Positions 1 to 7,946 of a stretch of 64,000 nt of DNA are shown here, piece after piece. The DNA comes from an uncultured delta proteobacterium. Lineage in GTDB: Bacteria > Myxococcota > UBA727 > VGSZ01. The notes below the pieces were generated by a model that made no database searches, had not been told where the DNA came from, and saw nothing but the letters and a program-made list of their open reading frames with translations. Location: positions 604,677 through 668,676 of the forward strand of contig CAVZJB010000004.1 of the NCBI GenBank assembly GCA_963775425.1, read 5' to 3'. Made by a program: the position numbers and the translations under genes. Within the stretch, counting starts at the first letter, position 1. Each line of letters starts with the position of its first letter.

Positions 1-1592
1 GGCCGGTCCGCGACCTTGAGGAGCGACGCGACGGTGCCGCCGTCGACGTACTCCGAGGCCATGTAATAGGTGCCGTTCTCCTCGCCGTAGTCGAACACGC
101 TCACGACGTTTTGGTGCGTGAGCGACGTCGACGCGCGGATCTCGCGCTTGAAGCGCTCGACGAAGACGGCGTCGTCGGCGAGGTGCGGCTCCATCAGCTT
201 GAGCGCGCAGGGCTTCCCGGTCTTGGTGTCGGTGGCGTAGTAGACCGTGGCCATGCCGCCTCGGCCGAGGACGCGGTCGATCTTGTAGCGCTTGATGGAC
301 GCGATCTGCGCGATGCGCTTGAGCCGCTGCTTCTGGCTCTGGACCACCTCCTTGTTCGTGGCGGACAGCGACGACGCGAACGCGCCCTCCGGCTCCTCCG
401 ACTCGGGCGCCGACGAAGACGGCGTCCTCGTCGGCGTCACCGCGCGCGTGCCGTCCCGCTCGGGCGCCGACGACGTCTCCTTCTTCTTCGGCGGCGGGGG
501 CTCCGTGGACGGCGACGGCTCGGTGGCCTGCGTGGGCAGCTCGTCGCTCTCCTCGCTGTCGTCGATGAGATCGTCGGCGGACAGCATGTTGAGGGCGCGC
601 TTGTCGTGCGCCTCGGTGGACACCCGCGCCAGCGGCGGCGCCTTCTGCGCCGACGCGGGCACCTGGCCGGCGGGGGCGCCGGAGCGGACGCTCTTCATCC
701 GTGGCGGCCCCGCGGTGAGCAGCGTCTCGGCGGGCTCGACGTTGGGCGCGAGGGTCCCCGCCTCGGGGGCGGACACGCTCGGCGCGTCCGTCTTGACCGC
801 CGTCTTCAGCGAGCCGTGGGAAGGCGTGGCGAGCGACGGCACCTTGCGCTTCATCGCCGGGGTGGTGGCGACGTCGGCGTCGGCGCGCGAGGGTGGGACG
901 GTGGCGGCGCCCTTCGGCGCGGCCCCGGCCGGCGCGTTGACCAGCGTGTCGTGCGCGCCGCCGTCGGCCGACGCCAGCGCCGCCGCCGTCTGCTGTCGCC
1001 GCGACGGCTTGGGCGCGCTCGGCGGCGCCGCGAGCGACGAGGTGGCGTCGTCGAAGAGCATGTCGTCGGCCTCGTCGCTCGCGCCGGCGCCGTTGGGGAA
1101 CTGCACCGTGGCGTTCACGAGCGTGGCCCCGTCGTCGACGTCCTCCAGCGGCCCGTCGAAGAGGTTCGAGGGGTCGTCGAGGGGAGCCGGCGACGGCAGG
1201 AGCGAGAGCGCCTTTTGCAGGTCGCGCTGCAGCGCGAGGTACGGCTGGTGCTTCGGGAACCCGAGGTCCGCGGCGCGCAGCGCGATCTCCGGGTCGGCGT
1301 ACGCGACGCAGAGCTTGCCGTTCTGCACCGCCACCGGCGCCGCCTCGAGGCGCCGGCACAGGTCGCCGTCGAGGCCCTCGAGCTCCGGTGGCTTCGGGTC
1401 GCGCAGCCACCCCTGCGGCGCGGGGGGCACGCCGGTGACGGCGCAACACGCCTGGAGCACGTCGCGCGGCGGGAAGCCGAGCTCCATGAGCTGGGCGGCG
1501 ATGTTCCCCGAGCGATCGACGAGGGTGCGCGCCTGCGCGGCCCGCTCTTCGGGCGCGCCGACGGTCACTTCGTCGACGATGTCCGCTCGCAT
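1..1592 (-). CDS. Ser/Thr protein kinase with N-terminal T2SSE_N/MshEN-like domain (runs off the left edge)
   Basis: Not in the ORF track because there is no stop in the window. Manual translation from ATG 1592 gives MRADIVDEV...DGDLCRRLEAAPVAVQNGKLCVAYADP, a long linker, then RYKIDRVLGRGGMATVY, ALKLM, FVERFKREI, LTHQNVVSVFDYG, YMASEYVDG (kinase subdomains I-V). Confidence 0.88.
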   Translation of the reverse strand, partial: MRADIVDEVTVGAPEERAAQARTLVDRSGNIAAQLMELGFPPRDVLQACCAVTGVPPAPQGWLRDPKPPELEGLDGDLCRRLEAAPVAVQNGKLCVAYADPEIALRAADLGFPKHQPYLALQRDLQKALSLLPSPAPLDDPSNLFDGPLEDVDDGATLVNATVQFPNGAGASDEADDMLFDDATSSLAAPPSAPKPSRRQQTAAALASADGGAHDTLVNAPAGAAPKGAATVPPSRADADVATTPAMKRKVPSLATPSHGSLKTAVKTDAPSVSAPEAGTLAPNVEPAETLLTAGPPRMKSVRSGAPAGQVPASAQKAPPLARVSTEAHDKRALNMLSADDLIDDSEESDELPTQATEPSPSTEPPPPKKKETSSAPERDGTRAVTPTRTPSSSAPESEEPEGAFASSLSATNKEVVQSQKQRLKRIAQIASIKRYKIDRVLGRGGMATVYYATDTKTGKPCALKLMEPHLADDAVFVERFKREIRASTSLTHQNVVSVFDYGEENGTYYMASEYVDGGTVASLLKVADR

Positions 1593-1594
1593 CG

Positions 1595-3544
1595 CTATCT
1601 CGCCTTCTTCCCGGTGTGCAGCTCGGACGAGAGCGCGTCGATGGCGCCCGCGATCTCCCCGCTGTCCGCGCGGCGCTTGAGGAGCGCGAGATCCTCCTCC
1701 GCGTGCTGCGTGTCGCCTTCGGCGAGCGCCCGCCGCGCCCGCTCGAGATAGGCGTCGCGCGCGCCCGGCGCGCCCGGCTCGAGCGCGATCGCTTGCGAAA
1801 AGAGCGCCACGGCCTCGGTGTCGTCCTTCTCGGTCTTCCCCTGGGCGAGCAGCGCCGCCTGGCGCGCCCGGGTGGCGCCGGCCCCCAACGGCGCACCCGG
1901 TGACGACGCGCCCGGCGACGACGCGCCCGGTGACGACGACGCGCCCGGTGACGATGACGCGCCCGGCGACGACGACGCGCCCGGCGACGACGACGCGCCC
2001 GGTGACGCGCCCGGTGACGATGGGGCGCCCGGCATCGGCGCGCGGGTCACGCCGGTCTCGGGCGTCGCGGAGCTGTACAGGGCGACCACGATCGCGATGA
2101 TGACCACACCCAGGGCCGCTGCCAGAAGCCATTTTCGCGCGAGCAGCGCGGCGACGAGCTCTCCCGGGCGATCGTCCGTGCGGTGCGGCAGCTCGGGCAG
2201 CCCCAGCGGGGGCAGCGCGGCGTCGTCCGGGCGCGCCGTCGGCCGCGAGCCCTCGCTGGACAGGCGGGTCACCTGGAGGCCGCGACGCCCGGCGGGGCCG
2301 GCGGGAAACGCCTCCACGGGGCTCGGCGCGGGCGGGGGCGGTGCCGGCCGGGGGACCGGATCGCGCCCGATCCGCTCCTCCGGCGGCCGCTGCGGCGCGC
2401 GCTCGGCGAGGTCCTGCGGCGGCAGCGCGAACGTCGCCCACGCCGCCGCCGCCCCGGACGCCGGCGTCGGCGGCGACTGCGTCGTCACCGGCGCCTGCCG
2501 CCCCGTGGCGCCCGGCACAGGCGTCGGCGGCGCGACGGGGATGACGTCGGCGCGCGCGGCGGGCCGCTTGCGGGTGGCGTCGTTTGGATCGACGGCGGGG
2601 AACGTCGCCTCCGAGGCGAGGAGCTCCTCGAGGGGCATCGACACCGGTCCGGCGTCGACCGCCCGCGAGGGCGTCGGCGGCGTCACGGACGCCACGGACG
2701 CCACGGCGACGCCGCCCGGCTTGGACGCCGGCCTGGGGGCCCGGACCGTCGGGATCTCGCCGAGGGTGGAGCCGTCGGAGGCGCTCGCGGCCTGCGCGGT
2801 GAGCACCTCGACGGCGCGGGTGGGATCGTCGAAGCCCACGTCGGCGTCGAGCGGCGGGAGGAGGTCGCCGCCGGGCACCTCGGTGGGTGGCGACGCCTCG
2901 CCCGTGCTCAGCGCGATGGTGGCGTCGTCGAGATCGCTGGGCTCCGGCGCCGGGACAGAGGCGTCGAAGAGGAGCTCCTCATCGTCATCGTCATCGTCGT
3001 CGGCGGCCTCGGCGTCCTCGACGGCTTCGAGCGCCGCGCGGCGCAATGCCTCACCCGGGTGGTGGGCGGTGACCGTGGTCGGGGGCGGGCTCGCGAAGTC
3101 CAGCGCCTCGATGGCCCGGGTGGACTCGGCGCCGAACGGATCCTCCTCGGGCAGGAGCTGCATCGCGCGATCGAGCTGCGGGCCCAGCGCGAGGTAGGGC
3201 TGGTGCGGCGGCAGCCCGAGCGCGTCCGCCTGCGCCGCCATCTCGGGATCGGCGTAGGCGATGCAAAGCCTGCCGCCCTGCGAGGCAACCGGCGCGCAGC
3301 CGAGCTGGCGGCAGAGGTCCCCGTCGAGATCCACCGGCGGCGGGCGCGGGTGGCTGAGCCAGGCGAGGGGCGCCGGCGGCAGCCCCGACACCGCGCAGCA
3401 CGCCTCGAGCACCTTGCCGGGAGCGAATCCCAGCGCGACGAGCTGCTCGGCGATGTTTCCCCGCTCGTCGATGAGCCCCTGCGCTTGCGCCGCCTGTTCC
3501 AGGGGCGCATCACGGCACACGTGATCCACGATCCGGTCGCGCAT
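1595..3544 (-). CDS. T2SSE_N/MshEN-like domain + Pro/acidic linker + TM helix + C-terminal TPR-like protein
   Basis: First ~130 aa are paralogous to the neighbouring kinase (DGDLCRQLGCAPVASQGGRLCIAYADP). TM segment WLLAAALGVVIIAIVVALY; TPR-like EAVALFSQAIALEP...AYLERAR. Confidence 0.75.
   Translation of the reverse strand: MRDRIVDHVCRDAPLEQAAQAQGLIDERGNIAEQLVALGFAPGKVLEACCAVSGLPPAPLAWLSHPRPPPVDLDGDLCRQLGCAPVASQGGRLCIAYADPEMAAQADALGLPPHQPYLALGPQLDRAMQLLPEEDPFGAESTRAIEALDFASPPPTTVTAHHPGEALRRAALEAVEDAEAADDDDDDDEELLFDASVPAPEPSDLDDATIALSTGEASPPTEVPGGDLLPPLDADVGFDDPTRAVEVLTAQAASASDGSTLGEIPTVRAPRPASKPGGVAVASVASVTPPTPSRAVDAGPVSMPLEELLASEATFPAVDPNDATRKRPAARADVIPVAPPTPVPGATGRQAPVTTQSPPTPASGAAAAWATFALPPQDLAERAPQRPPEERIGRDPVPRPAPPPPAPSPVEAFPAGPAGRRGLQVTRLSSEGSRPTARPDDAALPPLGLPELPHRTDDRPGELVAALLARKWLLAAALGVVIIAIVVALYSSATPETGVTRAPMPGAPSSPGASPGASSSPGASSSPGASSSPGASSSPGASSPGASSPGAPLGAGATRARQAALLAQGKTEKDDTEAVALFSQAIALEPGAPGARDAYLERARRALAEGDTQHAEEDLALLKRRADSGEIAGAIDALSSELHTGKKAR
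1897..2033. repeat. Coding tandem repeat (12-18 bp units) encoding (S)SSPGA
   Basis: Repeated ccgg(t/c)gacgac(gac)gcgc units seen directly. Confidence 0.9.
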
Positions 3545-3653
3545 CGTTCCGGCCTCAAGGGTAAAGCCTCACGAGGCGAAAGGACCACTTTCCCAGACCT
3601 GTTGCCGGACCCGGGCTGATTCGGCAGACCACGAGCGTTTCGTCCGGAGCCCC

Positions 3654-5081
3654 ATGACGTCATCCACCCGTACCCCGACACTCGCCGCGCTCTGCGCCGG
3701 TGGGTTCCTCGCGTCCTTGTGGGCGCTCTTCCAATGGGCCGAGCTCCTCGTCGCCCGCGCTGGAGGGACGCCGTTTTGCTCCCTGTCGGCCACGTTCGAC
3801 TGCAGCGCGGTCTGGGACTCGCCCTTCGCCAAGGCCGTGCACAACGCGACCATGGTCCCCGTCGCCGGGTGGGGGTTGATGTGGGGGATCGTGGCCTTCG
3901 CTCTCCCGCTGCTCGCCCTCGTCGACACCGCGCGCCTCCAGCGCGGCCTCGGCGCCGCCCTCCGGCTCACCGCCATCGCCGGCGGCGTCAGCGTCATCGT
4001 GCTCGCCGGCGCGAGCCTCGCGGCCGGCCACGTGTGCATCGGCTGCATGGGCACCTATGTCGTCGTCGGCGCGTGGAGCGTCGGCGCGTTCTTCGCCACC
4101 CGGTCCTTCGGCTTCGCCGAGGTGCAAAAGGGCGTGTTCTGGGCGGGCGGGCTCACGGTCGCCTCGTACCTCGCGCTCCTCGGGCCCGGCATGTTGACCC
4201 CGCACGCCCTCGGTGACGTCGGCAAAAACGCCATCGCCAACGCCTCCGCCGCCGCGGGCTCCGCCAACGCAGGCGCCCACGGCGGCGCCAACGCAGGCGC
4301 CAACGCGGGCACCGGCGACAACGGCCCGCGCGCCGACAACGGCCCCGGCCCCTTCGACGGCCCCTCCACGGGCGATCCCAACAAGGACGAGGCGCTCACC
4401 GCGCTGATGGCGCAGCTCCCGCCGGACGCCAAGCAGGTGATGGCCAACCTCCTCGCCGCCTACGACAACGAGGCCCAGGCCCCCGCCGTCCCGGCGGCCC
4501 GCGCCATCGTCGGCGACAAGAACGCCGCCGTCACCATCGTGGACTGGACCGATCCCCTGTGCCCGCACTGTGCGGAGCTGCACGAGGTGCTCGACGAGAT
4601 CCGGCGCGCGGTGCCGCCGGGCTCCCTCGCCATCGAGCCGCACTTCTTCCCGCTCGACGGCTTGTGCAACCCGAGCGTCCAGCGCAAGAACGACACCGGC
4701 GAGATCCGCTGCGCGGCCACCAAGGCCCTGCTCTGCCTCGAGGACGATCCGGGCAAGCTCGCGTTGGCGCAAAAGGAGGTGTTCGAGAACCAGGCGCGCC
4801 TGTCGAGCCTCGACAACCTCTGGGAGATCCTCAAGCCCATCGCCGACAAGAGCAAGCTCGAGGCGTGCATGGCCACGCCGGAGACGCAGCAGAAGCTCGA
4901 CGCCGACATCGACGCCGCCAACAAGAACCACCTCGAGGGCACGCCCCTCGTCCTCGTGAACGGCAAGGAGGTGCAGCCCTTCGGGCCCATCCTCTATTCG
5001 CTGGTGCTCACCGGGGGAAAGACGCACGCCGCGCCGCTCAAGGTGCTCCCCGCGCCCAAGGCGCCCGCGCCGCACCCGTGA
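3654..5081 (+). CDS. VKOR-DsbA (thioredoxin-fold) fusion, disulfide bond formation
   Basis: VKOR motifs FCSLSATFDCSAVWDS and CIGC with TM helices; C-terminal DPLCPHC and GTP cis-Pro motif. Confidence 0.9.
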   Translation: MTSSTRTPTLAALCAGGFLASLWALFQWAELLVARAGGTPFCSLSATFDCSAVWDSPFAKAVHNATMVPVAGWGLMWGIVAFALPLLALVDTARLQRGLGAALRLTAIAGGVSVIVLAGASLAAGHVCIGCMGTYVVVGAWSVGAFFATRSFGFAEVQKGVFWAGGLTVASYLALLGPGMLTPHALGDVGKNAIANASAAAGSANAGAHGGANAGANAGTGDNGPRADNGPGPFDGPSTGDPNKDEALTALMAQLPPDAKQVMANLLAAYDNEAQAPAVPAARAIVGDKNAAVTIVDWTDPLCPHCAELHEVLDEIRRAVPPGSLAIEPHFFPLDGLCNPSVQRKNDTGEIRCAATKALLCLEDDPGKLALAQKEVFENQARLSSLDNLWEILKPIADKSKLEACMATPETQQKLDADIDAANKNHLEGTPLVLVNGKEVQPFGPILYSLVLTGGKTHAAPLKVLPAPKAPAPHP

Positions 5082-5091
5082 GCCGCGCGCC

Positions 5092-5541
5092 ATGACCTCG
5101 GTGCGCCACGGCGACCTCGTCGTCGACGTCCCCGCCGAATGGGCGGATCGCTCCACCCTCGTCTTCGTGGGGCCCGCGCCCGCGGCGCCGGCGGTGGTGA
5201 ACGAGCGGCGGGCGCAGCCCTCGCTCACCGTCACGTTCACGCGGGCGAGCAAGGGCGCCAAGGCGCTGCTCGACGACGAGCTCGCCGGGCTCGCCGCCAT
5301 GTCCCTCGGCTTTCACGCGCTCGGCGACGAGCCCTTCGCCTGCGCGTTCGGCGAAGGCGTGTTGTCCTCGCACCGCCTGGAGCTCGACGGCGTCCGCGTC
5401 CGCCAGCTCTTCGCGGTCTGCGTCCGCGGCGCCATCGCCGTGCGCGCCGTCGCTTCCGTGGGCGAGACGGACTTCGCTAAGCTCGAGCCCGCCTTGCGCG
5501 CGGCCCTCGGGTCGCTGCGCGTCGCCGCGGGTGCATCATGA
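5092..5541 (+). CDS. DcrB/DUF1795 (Mog1p/PsbP-like) family protein
   Basis: DVPAEWADRSTLVF, SLTVT, VRQLFAV pattern typical of DUF1795/DcrB; 149 aa. Confidence 0.6.
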   Translation: MTSVRHGDLVVDVPAEWADRSTLVFVGPAPAAPAVVNERRAQPSLTVTFTRASKGAKALLDDELAGLAAMSLGFHALGDEPFACAFGEGVLSSHRLELDGVRVRQLFAVCVRGAIAVRAVASVGETDFAKLEPALRAALGSLRVAAGAS

Positions 5542-6269
5542 CCGTCACCAAGGGCCAGCTCCTGTCCACCGCCGCCGCCGTGCGCCACGCGCGGCTGCGG
5601 CCCTCGGAGGTGGCGTCTTTGAAGATCGACGGCAAAGACGTCGACGCCGCTGCCGCCGAGAGCGCGCTGGCGGCGTTCCAGACGGCCGCCGACCACGCCG
5701 AGGCGCGCGCGCAGGAGAAGAAGCAGACGCCCAACGTGTTCGCGCGCGTGTCGACGTGGGCGCACGAAAACGTCGGCCGCCCGACGGGCGAGTGGGTGCG
5801 CGAGCACATGCCCGCCGTCGCCAAGGCCGTCGATCACGCCGTGACGACGACGACGGCGGTGGCGCTCACCCGCCCCGAGGACGTCGACCGCCTCGCCGTC
5901 GTCGAGATCGAGACCCACGACGGGCGCACCGTCGCCATCCCGGTGCTCGTGCGCGACGAGAAGGCCTCGCGCTTGTTGAAGGCCACGAGCGCGGCCGTCG
6001 GCGGCGTCGGCCTCTTCCCCTTCTTCGGCAACTTCGTCCAGGGCGGCACGGGGCTGGCGGCGGCGATCGCGTCGGGCGTGAGCTACCTCTTCGGCGACAA
6101 GGAGCTCGGCGCGGCCCTGCTCGGCATGGCGAAGAAGCACCTGATCATGGGCGTCGTCGGGTTCGTCCCCGTCGTCGGCGCGGCCACGTCCATCCAGGCC
6201 GTGGCCGACGCCAGGCGGCTCACGGAGAGCGACGTCCGCGTCGGCGAGATCTGCACCGCGCCGGCCTGA
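5538..6269 (+). CDS. Hypothetical protein with hydrophobic Gly-rich C-terminal helices
   Basis: ATGA overlap with the upstream gene; GLFPFFGN and GFVPVVGA segments; strong coding-type codon bias. Confidence 0.7.
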   Translation: MTVTKGQLLSTAAAVRHARLRPSEVASLKIDGKDVDAAAAESALAAFQTAADHAEARAQEKKQTPNVFARVSTWAHENVGRPTGEWVREHMPAVAKAVDHAVTTTTAVALTRPEDVDRLAVVEIETHDGRTVAIPVLVRDEKASRLLKATSAAVGGVGLFPFFGNFVQGGTGLAAAIASGVSYLFGDKELGAALLGMAKKHLIMGVVGFVPVVGAATSIQAVADARRLTESDVRVGEICTAPA

Positions 6270-6270
6270 A

Positions 6271-7178
6271 AGGCTGACGAAGAATAGGGCTCGTCGCAGC
6301 ACTCGGCGAAGCCGCCCACAAGGTGGCTCGCCGCGCGGAGTACGTGGCGAGGCACGTCGGCGCGCAAGAACCGCTGCAGGTTGTGAGGAAACGGCGGGTC
6401 CGAGCGGTGTTGTGATCCCGCTATCAGCGCACGTGGCGGTTCGTGCGGGTCGTGTGCGCGCCGACGTGCCTCGATGCGACGTCGGCGCGGACTTCAGGCG
6501 GTGCGCTTCGCGAGGTTCTGCAGCAGGTTGAAGGCCACGGCTGCCATCAGGGTGGGGAGCTTGTCGAACGCGGCGCGGTGATCGACGCGGAACCTGGCGA
6601 TGACGTCGTGACTCGGGCGCAGATCGCCGACGATAAGACGGAAGGCGTCGTCGTTCGTCGTCAGCCGCGCGATCTCCCGGGCGCTCCCGATCCCTTGGCC
6701 TATCGCGTACAGCCACAGCGTCAGGAGCATCCGCAGGCTCGTAATCGGGCGCCCACCGCCAAGCTGCACGGCCTTGGCGCTCGCTGTGAACCCGTCGAGG
6801 TCCACCGAGCACACGGTCGATCAGGCGAGCCGGGTGCTCGGGGCCGATGAGGTCGTCCACGGCCTGGGTCTTCAGCTCAACCTGTCGCCGTTCAGGTTCC
6901 TGGATTCGCACGCGGCGCTTGAGCTTCACCATGCAAGGTGGATCAGCTCGAGCCGCACTTTTGGCGCGCAAATCTCGGTGAGTTGCGAGTGCTTGGGCGC
7001 TCGGAATCAGCGAAGGCTAGACAACGTCGCCACCGCCGGAGCGGAAAGGAGCGGAGAGCTCGGCGCCCCGGCGCTCAACTCGGCGCGCGTCTTCGTCGCC
7101 GAGCTCGGAGCTCCTTTCGCCGTAGCACCGTCCCCTTCCGGGTGGCTCGGATCGATGGGTCACGTTACGCGTCAGCCT
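6271..7178. mobile_element. Defective IS1182-family-like element (908 bp) with 9-bp terminal inverted repeats
   Basis: AGGCTGACG (6271-6279) and CGTCAGCCT (7170-7178). Both ends are near-identical to 34018-34325. Contains a transposase remnant. Confidence 0.8.
6494..6932 (-). pseudogene. IS1182-family transposase remnant (frameshifted, internally deleted)
   Basis: MVKL...VDDLIGPEHPARLIDRV, a frameshift near 6812, then VDLDGF..GGGRP..LRMLLTLWLYA..GIGSAREIARL...FRLI.G..RPSHDVIARFR (DUF772-like) joined to a C-terminal-type LMAAVAFNL. No DDE core remains. Confidence 0.85.
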
Positions 7179-7187
7179 CGAACACCG

Positions 7188-7787
7188 CTACAGCTTGGCC
7201 GCGTTCTCCTTGAGGAACGACGCCGTCGCCTGCGGCGTGCCCTTCATGGCGACCTTGCCCTTGGCCCAGCCGGCGGGGCAGACCTCGCCGTGCTGCTCTG
7301 TGTGCTGGAGCGCGTCGACGACGCGGAGGGTCTCTTCGACGCTGCGGCCGAGGTCGAGGTCGTTCACCGTCTCGTGGCGGACCACGCCGCTCTTGTCGAT
7401 GAGGAACGTGCCGCGCAGGGCCATGCCGCCCTCGAGGAGGACGCCGTAGTCGCGCGCGATGGTCTTGTTGACGTCGGCGACGAGCGGGTACGCGATGTGG
7501 CCGATGCCGCCGTCTTCGACCTTGGTGTTGCGCCACGCGCGGTGCACGTGCTGGCTGTCGATGGAGCAGCCGAGCACCTGCACGCTGCGCTTCTCGAACT
7601 CCTTGATGTGGTTCGAGAACGCGAGGATCTCCGTGGGACACACGAAGGTGAAGTCGAACGGATAGAAGAAGAAGACGACGTATTTGCCCTTGAAGCTCGA
7701 GAGGGAGACGGACTCGATCTCGCCGTTGGGCATCACGGCCTTGGCGGTGAAGTCGGGGGCGGGCTTTTGCACGAGCGACATGGGCAT
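7188..7787 (-). CDS. ahpC: 2-Cys peroxiredoxin AhpC/TSA
   Basis: FYPFDFTFVCPTE and GEVCPAGW motifs. Confidence 0.96.
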   Translation of the reverse strand: MPMSLVQKPAPDFTAKAVMPNGEIESVSLSSFKGKYVVFFFYPFDFTFVCPTEILAFSNHIKEFEKRSVQVLGCSIDSQHVHRAWRNTKVEDGGIGHIAYPLVADVNKTIARDYGVLLEGGMALRGTFLIDKSGVVRHETVNDLDLGRSVEETLRVVDALQHTEQHGEVCPAGWAKGKVAMKGTPQATASFLKENAAKL

Positions 7788-7797
7788 TCTCCGGAAT

Positions 7798-7810
7798 TAG
7801 ACGACGTCTA
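7798..7810. promoter_or_regulatory. Palindromic candidate operator upstream of ahpC
   Basis: TAGACG-A-CGTCTA perfect 6-1-6 inverted repeat about 10 bp upstream of the ahpC start. Confidence 0.4.
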
Positions 7811-7852
7811 GCCGGAAGCGATCTAGCCGAGTCGCGCGCGCGGCGCCACCTT

Positions 7853-7885
7853 CGACCGGAGGGAGCGGCCGCGCAGATCAGCGAC
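7853..7885. repeat. Dispersed intergenic repeat unit (also in tandem at 34851-34934)
   Basis: cgaccggagggagcggccgcgcag-atcagcgac matches 34861-34894 with a single indel. Confidence 0.75.
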
Positions 7886-7946
7886 GCGCCTCGAGATCAG
7901 GCGCGCGTCCGTGCGAACGCCGAAGCGCGCGAGCGACGACGCGCGA

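Noticed and set aside
1897-2033. Short tandem repeats (also 20341-20415 and 34851-34934) as possible CRISPR arrays
   Set aside because: No unique spacers, unit lengths are multiples of 3 inside ORFs, and no cas genes are present.
3545-3653. Intergenic sequence with GAAA and AAAGCCTC elements reminiscent of a c-di-GMP-I riboswitch
   Set aside because: Element order and pairing do not fit the consensus by eye; an Rfam scan would be needed.
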